Source: Oopsacas minuta
Taxonomy: Eukaryota > Animalia > Porifera
DNA length: 64,000 nt
Direction of reading: 5' to 3'
Assembly (NCBI GenBank): GCA_024704765.1
Contig: JAKMXF010000363.1
Span: 153,521-217,520, forward strand
Shown: in pieces, positions 52,323 to 64,000 of the stretch
How the letters are laid out: each line of letters opens with the position of its first letter
How positions within the stretch are numbered: position 1 is the stretch's first letter
Position numbers and translations under genes: made by a program
The notes under the pieces: generated by a model
What the model was told of the DNA's origin: nothing
The model's input: the letters and a program-made list of their open reading frames with translations, nothing else
Databases searched by the model: none

Positions 52323-52709
52323 CTGTATGCATTGCAGGTACTAATAACTGTACTGACTATAGACACAGCATTGAAATCACTAGACATAGTATTCCTTATA
52401 TTTTCCGTAAACGGTGCAGAGCCAAAATATAATAGATTATACCATCGGGTGTGCACTGAGTAACAGGGTTTAGATTTGACTCAATGTGATACTTTTAGAA
52501 TACATTTTCCCAATTAAAATTGTATTAGCTTATCGAATTTTCCAAATTTCATTAGGGGTTTAAATCTATAGAAAAACTTTCTGTATAATTTTCCGCATAT
52601 TTTGTAATACAAATAAGAATTGAAATTTCCATAACTTTGTATTATAATTACTCAACTATATTTTTGAGGAAATTAGCGTTGTAGCAATAGTTTGGTTGGA
52701 ATAATATTC

Positions 52710-53228
52710 TATTCTGCTTCAAGAGAGACATTTCATGATTAAAGATTTCCTCAATATTCTCTACTACTCCTTAGTTACGTCATCAGTTAATGTTGTGTGT
52801 TGTGTCTCCCAATTTGTAACTATTTCTTCAAGATATCCTATATGCAGGAATAATGCACTGTTTGATATAGGAATTTCATGATTCGCATTGTTTTCTTTAA
52901 AGAGATCCCAAGGTATTTATGGATACAAAGTTGCGAGACAAACTGATTTCCTTGATTTCCTGCAGACTGAATCTATCTATGACAGAGAACACCAACAGAT
53001 AACCGTCACATTGATGGTAGAACTCTTCCCGAATAATTCCACACTCATCAGTTCCTGCTGTATCCAGGATCTGTAAGATGTATAAACTGTCCTCCACTCT
53101 AGCCGGAGCCTCGTATAGCTCCTCTATCGTAGGAGTATATCCACACACGAATTCAGTAAAATGAGACATGTCTTACCAACAGCAACTACTCCTAACATGA
53201 GGATTTTAATCTGTTCCCTCTTCATTTT
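52710..53228 (-). pseudogene. Ras-family small GTPase pseudogene
   Basis: MKREQIKILMLGVVAVGKTCL, a frameshift, then YTPTIEELY...ILDTAGTDE...CDGYLLVFSVIDRFSLQEI; NIEEIF lies downstream after stops. Confidence 0.75.
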
Positions 53229-53410
53229 CATTGACTCTTCTGTTGAATAATTATATTATTTAGCAACACTCATTTATAACTTTTCTAGGATTTAAACCAT
53301 TACAAAAATGCTGCAGTCAATTAATTAGAAATTTCCTTTCGTTTTGATTAAACAATACAAATACTCTTTCAAGTCAATTGAAGGATAATATTCGTAGTAT
53401 CAATCTAGAT

Positions 53411-56400
53411 CATAGACTCCTTAAATAGAAGGACTAGTATCTCCTATGTTCGGAGCCTGGAACTTCGGTCCCATCATATCTTGGGTTGTACACATGCTAA
53501 AACCTTCATCTTGGTGTCTAACATGGGGTTTTGAAGGACAAGGTATTAATTTTTTATACTTTTGACCATCTAAAAGGTCACCTGAAGGTCATTTGAAGGT
53601 TAAAACACTCAAAATAGCAGGAATTTATCTAAAATTTTGTGTATTCTTCTAATCAAATGCAGGGTAACGAGACAAACACAGTCAAAATAGTATACATTGT
53701 GATTATATAAGTCAAAATGACAGTTTAGATGCTAAAATTAGCACGAATGAATTAATAAGGTCAGTATACAAAGCAAACAAAAGGCAAAAATTGCATGTAT
53801 ACACGGATATCACTGTGAACAGGGATATTACTGCAACTTAGTTTTGAGATGAGAGTTTTTCCTTCCTTCTCAAACAGCCAAATTGTCTTTCTATCACTAT
53901 TATCAAGCACAAAGGACTTCAAAAGTATGTTTGACAAAGCAACACATGCTCCTTGAATAATAGACATTGCACTGTCAATACGAGATAAGGCTTGGCTGAG
54001 GTGAGCTCGACAGCAGTGTAAATTGCAATTGACAAACAGTTTGTAAGCTGAATGAACGGAATGAACGAAATGAACAGTTGAGATTAGGGGTACAGTTAGT
54101 CCACCCCTATTTAAATTAGTGAGAAACTCCGAATCAGTTAGATTGTCATCATCATCTTCAGCTTCGGCCGTTGAAATATTAGTTCGGAATTTTCGTTCCA
54201 AATATCCAGCGATAAATATTACTTTATGTTTGATTGTGTCATTACTTTGAACAAGATCTTCAGTCTCTAAAATAGTGATATCAAATTGATCTTCTTCTAT
54301 GTGAATGCTACAAGTGCAAGGTACGTCACTATGAGGCTGTGGGGTCGAATCGTATTTCAAAAGTGCGCGAAGATTCTTGGTTTCTGCAGCTGCATTGATG
54401 TCAACGACGTCTATATAGAAATTTCCTGCACTGCGTTGTCTGGCTTGGCCAAAAAACTTCTCTAGAGCTTCATCCGCGAACACTCCAGGCAATACATAAC
54501 TGAAGTTGTGGTGTGTCAACAACAACTCTGCTGCTTGGACATTTGCTCTTGTAGACAGTACAAATGCATATGCAGTCTGCTTTGTGAGTTTCTGTGTCCG
54601 ACCTTGTCCACCTGGCCATGCACAAGACGATATGACATCACAAGTTTCATCGAGTTTTTTGAAACTTGTGCAATTCTTGGTCCACGGTTGACGACACTCA
54701 TCACGCGTATTTATACCAGAAAAACTGCCTTTGACATTCATCATATGGAACCAGTCAGTGATGAGTTTAACAAAAATAATGGTCCCTTCACTAATACTGA
54801 GCATATATTTTGAAGTTGAAAGAGCAGCAACAGTTTTGTCATTGAATATCTGACAAACAAAAGGCACACTTTGTCTTTGCAAAGGCTTGGGATACACAGC
54901 TGTGTATGTAATCTTGGTCAAACGGATGCAGTTCTTCCTGTCTTCAATGTAAAGTGCTTCTATGTCTTACCAACGTGCTATGTGTGATTTACCATCATTT
55001 GTGAATGCGAGTTCCTTATGAGGCACAGTTATCCAGTTATTCCTAATGTTTTGAATAAATGGACATAGTCATAAGCGAGAAAAGCGTGAGAGTTTAAGAT
55101 GTCTATAAACACTCTACCAGCTCCACCTAATTTAGCATAGACTGAGACATTTGTATTGCAATTGTCACATATACAAGAAATTATAGTGCCACCAGCATTG
55201 CTAACTGCTGCGAGAGCTTCGAGTAATATACCCTTGAGTTGATCTGAATTGAGTTTCGCGACAGGATGAATACGTAGAATATATTTAGAGCCACCAAAAT
55301 GGCATACAACCTCGATCACTAAAGCATGTGTTGCGAGAACTTCAGCGTCACCAGATCTATTTTGAGCATAACCAACAACATGACCACCAGAGTACCTAAG
55401 AGTTTCTGTTAGCTTCACCTCATCAAATAAAATGTTTACAAGACGCTGCTTGGGTTGAAGCTCTTGAAGAAGTTGCCTCAAGTTTTCATCATGTAGACTA
55501 TTAGAAAGAAGTTTCTTCAACAGTTCTACTCGAGGTAATGCAATAGCACCAGATTTTCGTAGCATTCTATACGCAGCTGGTGAAATGTTATGAAGTTCAG
55601 CAGCAAGAACATAAAGATTTCTATCAAAACGACGGGCTTTTGGTGCAGTAAGTGATAACCCGAGCTGAGCATACAAAAATTGATAATGGGGAAGTTCAGA
55701 GCAGCACATACGACCCAATTCCTCAAGGACATTTTTCACGTAGTCTGTGTCTTTGAATTCGTACTCTGGAATACTCGTTAAAATGCTATTGAATTGTGAC
55801 CATTTGCTGGTGAGGCTATTCTTCTGTAGGAAACCAGCTTTGGAAAATACGATTTAGGTATTTCCTTTCCATTTTTCTCAACACATTTAAGGAATAAAAG
55901 TCCAAATGGTGATTTCACATGTGGTGAATGTAGAAACTGGACGACTGAACGTCTTTGTGCGTCAGCTTTGAACATGTAAACATCATCACCATCATGAATA
56001 ATAAGATGATTTTTGGAGAGAGGCTGTTGGATGACTGTACAAAAAGAATCAAAGTCACCAATTTGATCAAGAGCGTTAGTTCTAAGGTCTTCATTTCTGG
56101 CACGTACTTCTGCCGAAGAACTTGTACTCCTAGGGGTTGAAGAGTCTTGCTTTAAACAGGACTTTGGGACACCAGGAAAAATGGATAGAGGTTGGCTAGG
56201 TCGTTTACCACCTTTAACTGTGACCCATTCACAGTCAAAATGATGGTAACAAGCATATATTTGTTTAAGTTGTAACAGACTGGAGCGTTCATTTGGCATA
56301 GCATCAATCCAACGATCTCGTTCATCTTCATCACTTGGAAATTGTACTACTTTTGTGTATGGTTCACACCTGTAATTTCCACGACATCCAAATACGTTAC

Positions 56401-56661
56401 ACTTCTTAGGCATTATAAAGTAAATACCAACACCACCTTTAAAACGCAGTTGTAAATTGGATGATTCCCAGCACCAGAAATGCTAGTAAAGCTACAATAC
56501 AAACCTAAAAAAAAACATAATACAGCAGCGCGATAAACCAAAAGCTTCCATGACCTGCCATGTTTATTACGCAACGACGTCGTTGCGTCATGATACAGTG
56601 GGACCCAAGTTCCGTAATCCGAGATTACCAGATACTAGTCTTTCTATTTAAGGAGTCGATG
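53411..56661 (-). mobile_element. Full-length but decayed P-element (THAP9-like transposase)
   Basis: 31-bp TIRs CATAGACTCCTTAAATAGAAGGACTAGTATC / CATCGACTCCTTAAATAGAAAGACTAGTATC. THAP domain (MPKKCNVFGC...CYHHF) followed by LFDEVKL, CDNC, DYVHLFK and EALEKFFGQARQRSAGN. Frameshifts near 55830 and 55045; a nonsense codon near 54960. No TSD. Confidence 0.92.
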
Positions 56662-57714
56662 GCTTTGTCATTAAATGTAAATAAAATTTGTTTAATATTG
56701 ACTTTTTGTCCTGTTTGGAATATTTTACCATTTTTAGTAAATATCGCACGCTACTGATCCTTCACAATATATGAGTTTAAATCTCACGCAACAGATCCCC
56801 CTCTGGTTATTTCTATCCACTAATACGAATTTTTGTATTTTTATTGTTTATTTGGCTAATTATTATAATTATTCGTAAGCGTTAATAAATACATTAATTT
56901 AATTCAATGCTTGAGGATTAGAAGATGTAATTCATAGTTATTTACATTCTTCTATTTCATTCATTGGCATATTCTGATATTCGAATGGATTGGATATTGA
57001 TCTTACGTGTGGGCATACCTTGTGTCAGTCATCAATAGTCTCTTCCGGTGTTAGTCACAGTTTAGACCTATTGCTTTAGGTATCTGGTTAACACCTATTC
57101 AAATCTGACAAGAGCATTCTAATATATTGGCTATACCCGGACGCGTACATATACAATTATTCCAAACTGAAAGACAAATACAGATGCTTATCATATTAAC
57201 TACTATTTTTTTGTTCCTACGAAAGATCGGGAATGTGAGGGAAGAAAAGGAAAGTGCTACTGCTGCATTAGTTTGGCCAACCTCCAATATGTACTTACCA
57301 AAGAAGTGGGGCTGTCAGTCTTGCTTCTTCACGTGTGATGACCTTTGGGTCATGACCGAACACGTGGAGAAGCATGTGCTGACAGTCCCTCAACAGTCAG
57401 CAAGAGACCCTTACCACCCTGTATATAAATTAATAATAAAACATTATAATTAATGAATTGTGTATTTTAGTTTTGTATCTTACTTGTGTGTAGTATTTAG
57501 TATATTTTTATTTAATGAATTAATGAATGAGATTGCAAAGTTACTTAGACTCAGATGGAAATTATATTCATTTATGAACACAACTTAGGGAACTGATCTG
57601 GAAATATTTGCAGTAGCTTTGTTAATGCAAACAGATGTTTGGAATTTTAGTGCAAATATGGGAAACAAACATCTATTTAATAGTACCTGACGCATGCGCT
57701 ACTGGTAGCTGGCA

Positions 57715-58490
57715 CTCTTGAAGAATACGTATCCTCATGTGCAGGTCTCCAGGACAAGATGCTCTCTACGGTATGGCATAGGAACCATGCTCACTTTGTA
57801 TGAGTTTTGTAACAAAGTATTTTATGTATTTTCTTTAGGACAGACAATTTGTCAGAGCTCCTCGTCCCAGCATTCAAATTCACCATGATGGAAGACTCTA
57901 TTGGGTATGCTCCAGTGTTGATGTTGAAGGCAATTTTACGGCTTGTGATTGATTCCCTTGCGACTGGCAGAACGAGTGGGGAGCTGGATATACAACTGGC
58001 TATGTTATATGGACGTAGTGCTGGAAAGATGACAGTGACATTTGCCCTTATTCAACAACAGAGAGGTGGTTCGGACCAGGCTTGGACCGGGTCACGAATA
58101 AACCGGGTCACTATTTTCAATAAATTTCTGAGTCTGAACCGGGTCACTGATTTTGACTTGACCCGGTTTATATCTTTATGGATAATTAAATTATAACGGT
58201 TTGTAAATCATAAAGATTCAGTCAATATTAGTTACACGTTTCATTTTCATGAATCATTAGTATTTTACTAAACTTGTTTGGTATCATTACTACTGTATAC
58301 TTGTATACATATATACTCTTATGTACGTACATAGATAATGTAATATAGAAAATTACTGTTTTGAAAACCGGGTCACCGGGTCAGAGAATACCGGTTCAGC
58401 CGGGTCACCGGGTCAGGATATCATGGCCCGGTCCAAGCCTGGTTCGGACTGCGGATTATTCGCGGCAGCAGTTTGTCTTGCAATAGCGAA
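57715..58490 (+). pseudogene. Ulp1/C48-like cysteine protease fragment interrupted by a MITE
   Basis: Pieces YPHV/GLQD, IQIHHDGRLYWVCSS, DSL and, after removing the MITE, QQQRGGSDCGLFAAAVCLA; several frameshifts. Confidence 0.6.
58077..58441. mobile_element. hAT-type MITE
   Basis: CAGGCTTGGACCGGG...CCCGGTCCAAGCCTG; perfect 8-bp TSD GTTCGGAC; repeated subterminal CCGGGTCA motifs. Confidence 0.95.
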
Positions 58491-61400
58491 CGATTAAAAT
58501 GATCTAATCTTCAAAGCCACTATGTATATACTCTACACCCCACTATTTAATATATTAGCGCATGGGTACTAGTAGCGCATGCGCCAGGTACTTTTTAATA
58601 TCTCGATAATTAATCTTACTTGGAAATCTATTTCTTTAATATTAGAATTCAGATCAGAAATACACTTACAGATGAATGCTTTTGGTAAGTTTATACTAAT
58701 ATTAATTAATTGGAATTAGTATTTTGGGCCAAAATTCCATTAATTATCGCTAATAATATATGATTGACCAAATGTTCAATAGTAAAGAGCTCATTAGCCT
58801 TGTATAGGTATATAAGTGATCTTTGATTGGGGATAGTATGTTATTTCAGTTTGTATACAATTCAATATTATATTACAGAATTAGTCAATTGTGTATTACG
58901 AAATGAGCGAGATTTTGTCAAGTTTGATTTTGTCAGATGGAGTATACTGGAGGATTGTGATTATAAAAGTGAGTCCGCAATTGACGCACGTGCATTCGCC
59001 CACATTCCAATGAGTAACTTCGTTGTATTGATCTACAGGAGTGTTCGCCATTATTTAGCAAGTTTCCAGGAGGTAGAGGATGGTAGCTAATAGCGAACTC
59101 TCCTGTTCTCCCGTTTAGAAGGGGGAACTTATGTACTGTGGACTTCACCTATTAGCAAGTCGTATGTGGACGTTTCCCTTACTAATGTATGAACTTGCTA
59201 TTAGGCGAATATCACTGTTACCTAATGCAAGTATCGTTATTCATTTGGTTTATCATTTTAGAATATCCAGATCACTACTACTACTCATTAATACCTACCG
59301 GAATAGCTATTATAGTTGCTCTATCTGTCATCGCGGGTTTACTCTGGTGTTGTTGTAAGAAAGGAACACGGAATGGAGACCCAGTTCCAAAGGTGAGACA
59401 TTTCTGAGAATATTGCCGCTTATGCCTGTAAATAACTTTTGGACATTATTATCATCACTTTATCGGTGACAATTATTACCTATTAATACATAACACCCTA
59501 AGGGAGGACAAATGAATGTCAGTAACAGCGATATACAATTTCGGACATCAAGATTGGAATGTTATATACGTATAAAGCCAATGAAGTTTTGAGTTTCCTC
59601 TGGCTTGGTACCAAGTTAGGTGCCAAAGCGCCCCTCATTCCTCCCTAAGACCCGAATTGACACCTATTTTTTTAGAATAATTATATACTTATATCCCTAG
59701 AATCACATTATACTTCCCTATATTAATAGGAAGTATTAAGGTAAACCTTGTGGCTATTATAATTGTATTTACAACAACACTGAGCTCAATATTTGCTTTA
59801 ATACATCATAATTCAATGGAATGATTTGACCCATAATGATGAGACAAACGAATTTAATTTGTATAGCAAATATATGTGCTAAGCATTCAGGAGGGATACT
59901 CATGCTAACTGATTTATAATTCCCCAAATACTTTTTGACATATTTTTGGGAAATACGCATTGAAAGCAATTGTAACCGATTTGGGATTATCAATAATTCT
60001 TAGCACCGTTCCAAAAATGGTTAATTACGATCGAATTATTACACTAGTAGAGCATACTAATGAGATTATTATCAGACATATGGTAACAAACCCAACAAAT
60101 ACTAATAAGTAATTCAAATTATCTTCTGCGGATTAGAAGTTAATAGTATTTCTTCAGGAATGAACAAATATACAATATTGGATATATTTTCAATATAGTA
60201 ACACTTCTATTAACCTATTTCCTTTACTAATGAACTTGCGTGTAATTATTGTATTATTATCTGTCAAACACAAACACAATTACTAATACACTAATAGTAT
60301 AAGCTAATGTTAGTTATATTCTTTCAATAGAATCGTTATTTGTTTGATCCTGTCTTCATAATGTTCGTGCTATTTGGAATTTGCTTGACACAGATTATTA
60401 AGATAATAACTTTTCTTACTAGTAGGAAAATTATTCCTGATAAAATGGTGAGTAACTCCTAACAGAATATGGTTTATCAATTCGTGTTTCAGATCGCATA
60501 TGGAAAATGTATGCAGACATTTGTCTCAACTCGGCCAATTTTCCTTACAACAGATAGAATCATAATTTGACTTATTTTCATTATCTGCAATTATACGAAT
60601 TCTTCAACTTGTATGCCACATTATTATTATATACATAACGTATGTCACGTTGTAGTAATATAACCGTCGCATAATCTATTGTATAATTTCATATTAATTA
60701 ATATTTCACTGTGAATTTTATCGTATTTTATTCGCAATTATTAAATATTTGTATTTTCCACAGGTAACGGGATATGTAGAGAGGTTAGTTGTCGGATATT
60801 TTTTATTTCATATTATTCCCTTTACCATTTATCTTTTTTCAAATATTAACAATCTTTGTTCTGTGTTTAACATCTGTTTTATCTTTTACTTAGAGGAGCT
60901 CAACCTAATCCTGGATCTTGCTCAGGTAATTCCATACTATTACTTATACTCTATTGGAATATTGGTTTAATTTTGTTTTAGGATCACAAGAGAGTAACCA
61001 ACTTGAGTCAGGAGAGACAGTTAACATGCTATACTTTGGTCCTCTTGATCCAGTTACCCCCAAGATCACATCGCCTTCAAAAAAATATATAAGAGGAGCA
61101 TCACAGACTGAAGAGGCAATATCTTTATACAATAATAGAACGGTTACGGACGACAGTACCGGGTCCATAGAGTCTCAAAATTTGTATTGCAGTTATGGGA
61201 GGGGTCCACGTAATGTGTTTAATATTTATTTGATATTATGTGTTGTTGTTTTTTCGTTTAGCTATTAAAAAATACTGATGATCGTTTTCCTGATTCTTCT
61301 TTCCCTACTCAAGAAGTACAATTATTTGAATCTGCGACGGTAAGTCTAATCTAGTCTAGTCTGGTCTAGCCTATCTATCTATCTCTCTATCTATCTACTA

Positions 61401-62146
61401 GTCGGCATCATCGGGAGGACCCTTAACACATGTCGCTCCTCCAAATTTCCAATTAGAGTCAGGACAATTGGTAAGTATTTATAGAATTATATTACTTGAG
61501 AGATTAAGTTATCTTCACTGAAAATGTATATGAATCTCCGTAGTAACTGGATTTATTCAGTTCGCTTACAAACATACAATTTAGATATATCCTAGTCGAT
61601 ATACTACAGGAGAAACAATAAAGAATAATCTCTACCCATTGATTCCTATTCCTCGCACAAGTACTTTGCCATCTCCTAAGCCCCAGCCATTTGATTTATC
61701 AAATGATTCGCCTCACTGTGACTCTCCCTACTCGCAATTGCAAGAGAAGATAACTACTAACTCGAGATCTTCCCACAAACGCCCTAGTGCAGATGTCCTT
61801 GAAGACGATATGCCAGTTAAAAAATCGCGAAATTACTTGAATTTCGAAGAGAGTTCAAGTTTAGTTCATCAGGATACTGAGAAGATTATTAATCTAGGTC
61901 CCAGAAAACAGATGGGAAAGAACGAAGGATCGAATTGTAAGTTCTATAGAGAATAGTGCTCGACTTTTAGAATATAATTCATAATACCCGCACTAATTTA
62001 TAAAATTTCAAATTACAAGAATGTAAATATCATTGCGTCTATCCTATTTCCTTATAAGGTAATCAGACGTCATTATTATTCGTACATAAGTTTGGATATA
62101 TTTGTGCTCTATTGTTGTCGTAGTGTTACTATTAATAGAACTCAAT

Positions 62147-62636
62147 GGGGGCGCTGCTTTAGTTCTAATTTTGAGGTTGTCATTAGTTATAATTTTCTGA
62201 ATTGTAACAAGTTCGAATCGAATTTAGACTGTTGTCACAAGTCAGAATCTACTTTTCCGAGATATCGCGTGGCAAAACCAGGCCCGGCAAAAACTTTTTA
62301 TTGTAGTAATTATCAACTCGTACCATTGGGAGGGGATTAGAGATTTAGTTGACTACCTTATGGATCTGGGAGTTTTCATTTGTACTCGTTATTAAGCTAC
62401 CTAGGGGCGGGGATGTGGCCTTCATGGTAATTTTGTGTTTGGATGGACTTTTGTTGGCTAATTGCTAGTAAGGTCTGCAGAATGGCGAGCCATGGATTTT
62501 TTGTTTTAAAACCTTGACAACAGTCTGAAAATCCATTCTGACTTGCGCCACAGTCGGATAATCGTTTCGAACTTGTTCCAATTCAGAAAATTCTAATTCC
62601 TGACAATCTTATAATCCGAACAAATGCATGTACCTC
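62147..62636. mobile_element. 490-bp insertion with an 8-bp TSD
   Basis: Flanked by AACTCAAT (62139-62146 and 62637-62644); the empty site is present in the paralogous arm near 8325. Confidence 0.8.
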
Positions 62637-63464
62637 AACTCAATTCCATTCTATATGTATTTATCCTCTAGAGTTCTTTATTTTTATTTTCCTTCGCACA
62701 AACCATGATACAATTGATGTAACTATGCCAATTTTCTCGCCTTTTCGTGTTTATGTTGCTTGTTGTCTTCCAAAAACCTGCCGAAAAGCGAATTTCCCTC
62801 CTATTGCAGTGAAATCTCCACACACGTGGAAACGGAGAGAAAATATATGGAGCGAATTCATGGTACCTCGTCCCATACAAATGAACTATGGAATTTAGTA
62901 AGAATGGGGAACTGGGTAGTATTTTGGGCCGTTTGTGGAGGTTTCGCCATAGTAGGCAAGACATTCTTATATCTACTTCCCATCAATTTGCTAATATATT
63001 GCTATAATCTTCTCTCTACTTCTCCTGATTTACATGTTTACCTACATTTCCATATTCTATAGTGAGCGAATATTACAATTTCCCCTTGTTCGAGGCCGCA
63101 GTCAACTGGACTCTCAAACAACAGTCGCAAATGTTTCCAGATTCTTTCCTGGTAAGTTCTATCGGAAATGTGAGTTATATAATACTCATTTCTATAATTG
63201 ACGTTATGGTTTTGTAGTAATTTGTTTTCTTTAAATTTCCATATTTCTCGCATTACATAATACCAGAAATTACTTCGTAACTAATTAATATTGAATTATT
63301 ATTCTTAAGGGTTGCTGTATCTAATCATTGAATGTGTCATTAATTAATAAGTCATTCACTCAAGTTAATTGTTGTATTAACTACGTATGTAGCTATTTTC
63401 AAATTCCTATGTCACATCTAGTTGCTACGCTAGCAAGGGTCGATTTATTTAATTTTGCGTATAG

Positions 63465-64000
63465 ACACCTGAACAGAACTCTGAGACCGATACAGAATAT
63501 TTCATTCCGATATACCCTTCACTAACAGATATTAGTGAACCCGAAGATCTCATTGCTACTTTGTTCCTCGGGTCGTTCTATTGGAACAACAACCACTTAG
63601 CAATAATTGGCAATCACAAGGGAATTCGGAAATCCTCCTCTACCAGTAGTGTTTTTATCAATTCAAATACAGTTGCACACCCAAATATGAAGCATACCCT
63701 AAAATCAGTAGCGTTAGCAGTGCATAATTTACTCATATTCGATTCTAAAAACCAACAACCTCGTAACTTGGATGTTTTTGATGAGCGTTTACACCCAATT
63801 TCAAGTCACAATGCAATTTGTTCCGATAGCTGCCTTATTCCAGACTCTAAGACGATATACAAATTCATGAAGCATCTTTTTTATCCAGCAGAGTTGACAC
63901 CAGAATGTGCAATTATTTCTCTTATCTATTTGGAGCGCCTTCTTATATACGCAGGGATTCATATTTCAGTTTTTACTTGGAAACGAATATTGTTTGGATC
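63465..64000 (+). CDS. CCNY: Cyclin Y-like paralog (truncated by the window edge)
   Basis: Acceptor gtatag|ACACCTGAA; the frame is open to the window end: ...RKSSSTSSVFINSNTVAHPNMKHTLKSVALAV...WKRILFG. Confidence 0.9.

Noticed and set aside
57127-57453. C2H2-like motif CQSCFFTCDDLWVMTEHVEKH
   Set aside because: An isolated short match without supporting gene structure; not enough to call.

Overview
AT-rich, intron-containing eukaryotic DNA. It is probably a compact animal genome; the species cannot be established from the sequence. Host genes: a PCM1-like/coiled-coil gene (minus, ~1.3-3.4 kb); a cyclin Y-like gene present twice as an inverted duplication (5.5-12.3 kb and 58.5-64 kb); a multi-exon Musashi-like two-RRM gene that the ORF track misses (minus, 13.3-23.5 kb); a cluster of proline-rich/coiled-coil exons (35.5-44 kb) ending in a disabled eIF2-alpha-kinase-like domain; and a Ras-family pseudogene. 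The rest is dominated by DNA transposon material: a decayed full-length P-element (THAP9-like), P, Merlin, MULE, piggyBac and hAT remnants, many MITEs, and a DINE-1-like repeat. The most notable structures are four. (1) A 1.44-kb Galileo-like foldback element with a 7-bp TSD splits the kinase gene, and removing it restores the frame. (2) The Musashi first exon is present four times in palindromic arms that show arm-to-arm gene conversion. (3) A 26-bp displaced junction next to the P-element implies a 5-kb inversion. (4) A direct duplication of at least 7.5 kb abuts an assembly gap. No CRISPR array, rRNA or tRNA was seen.
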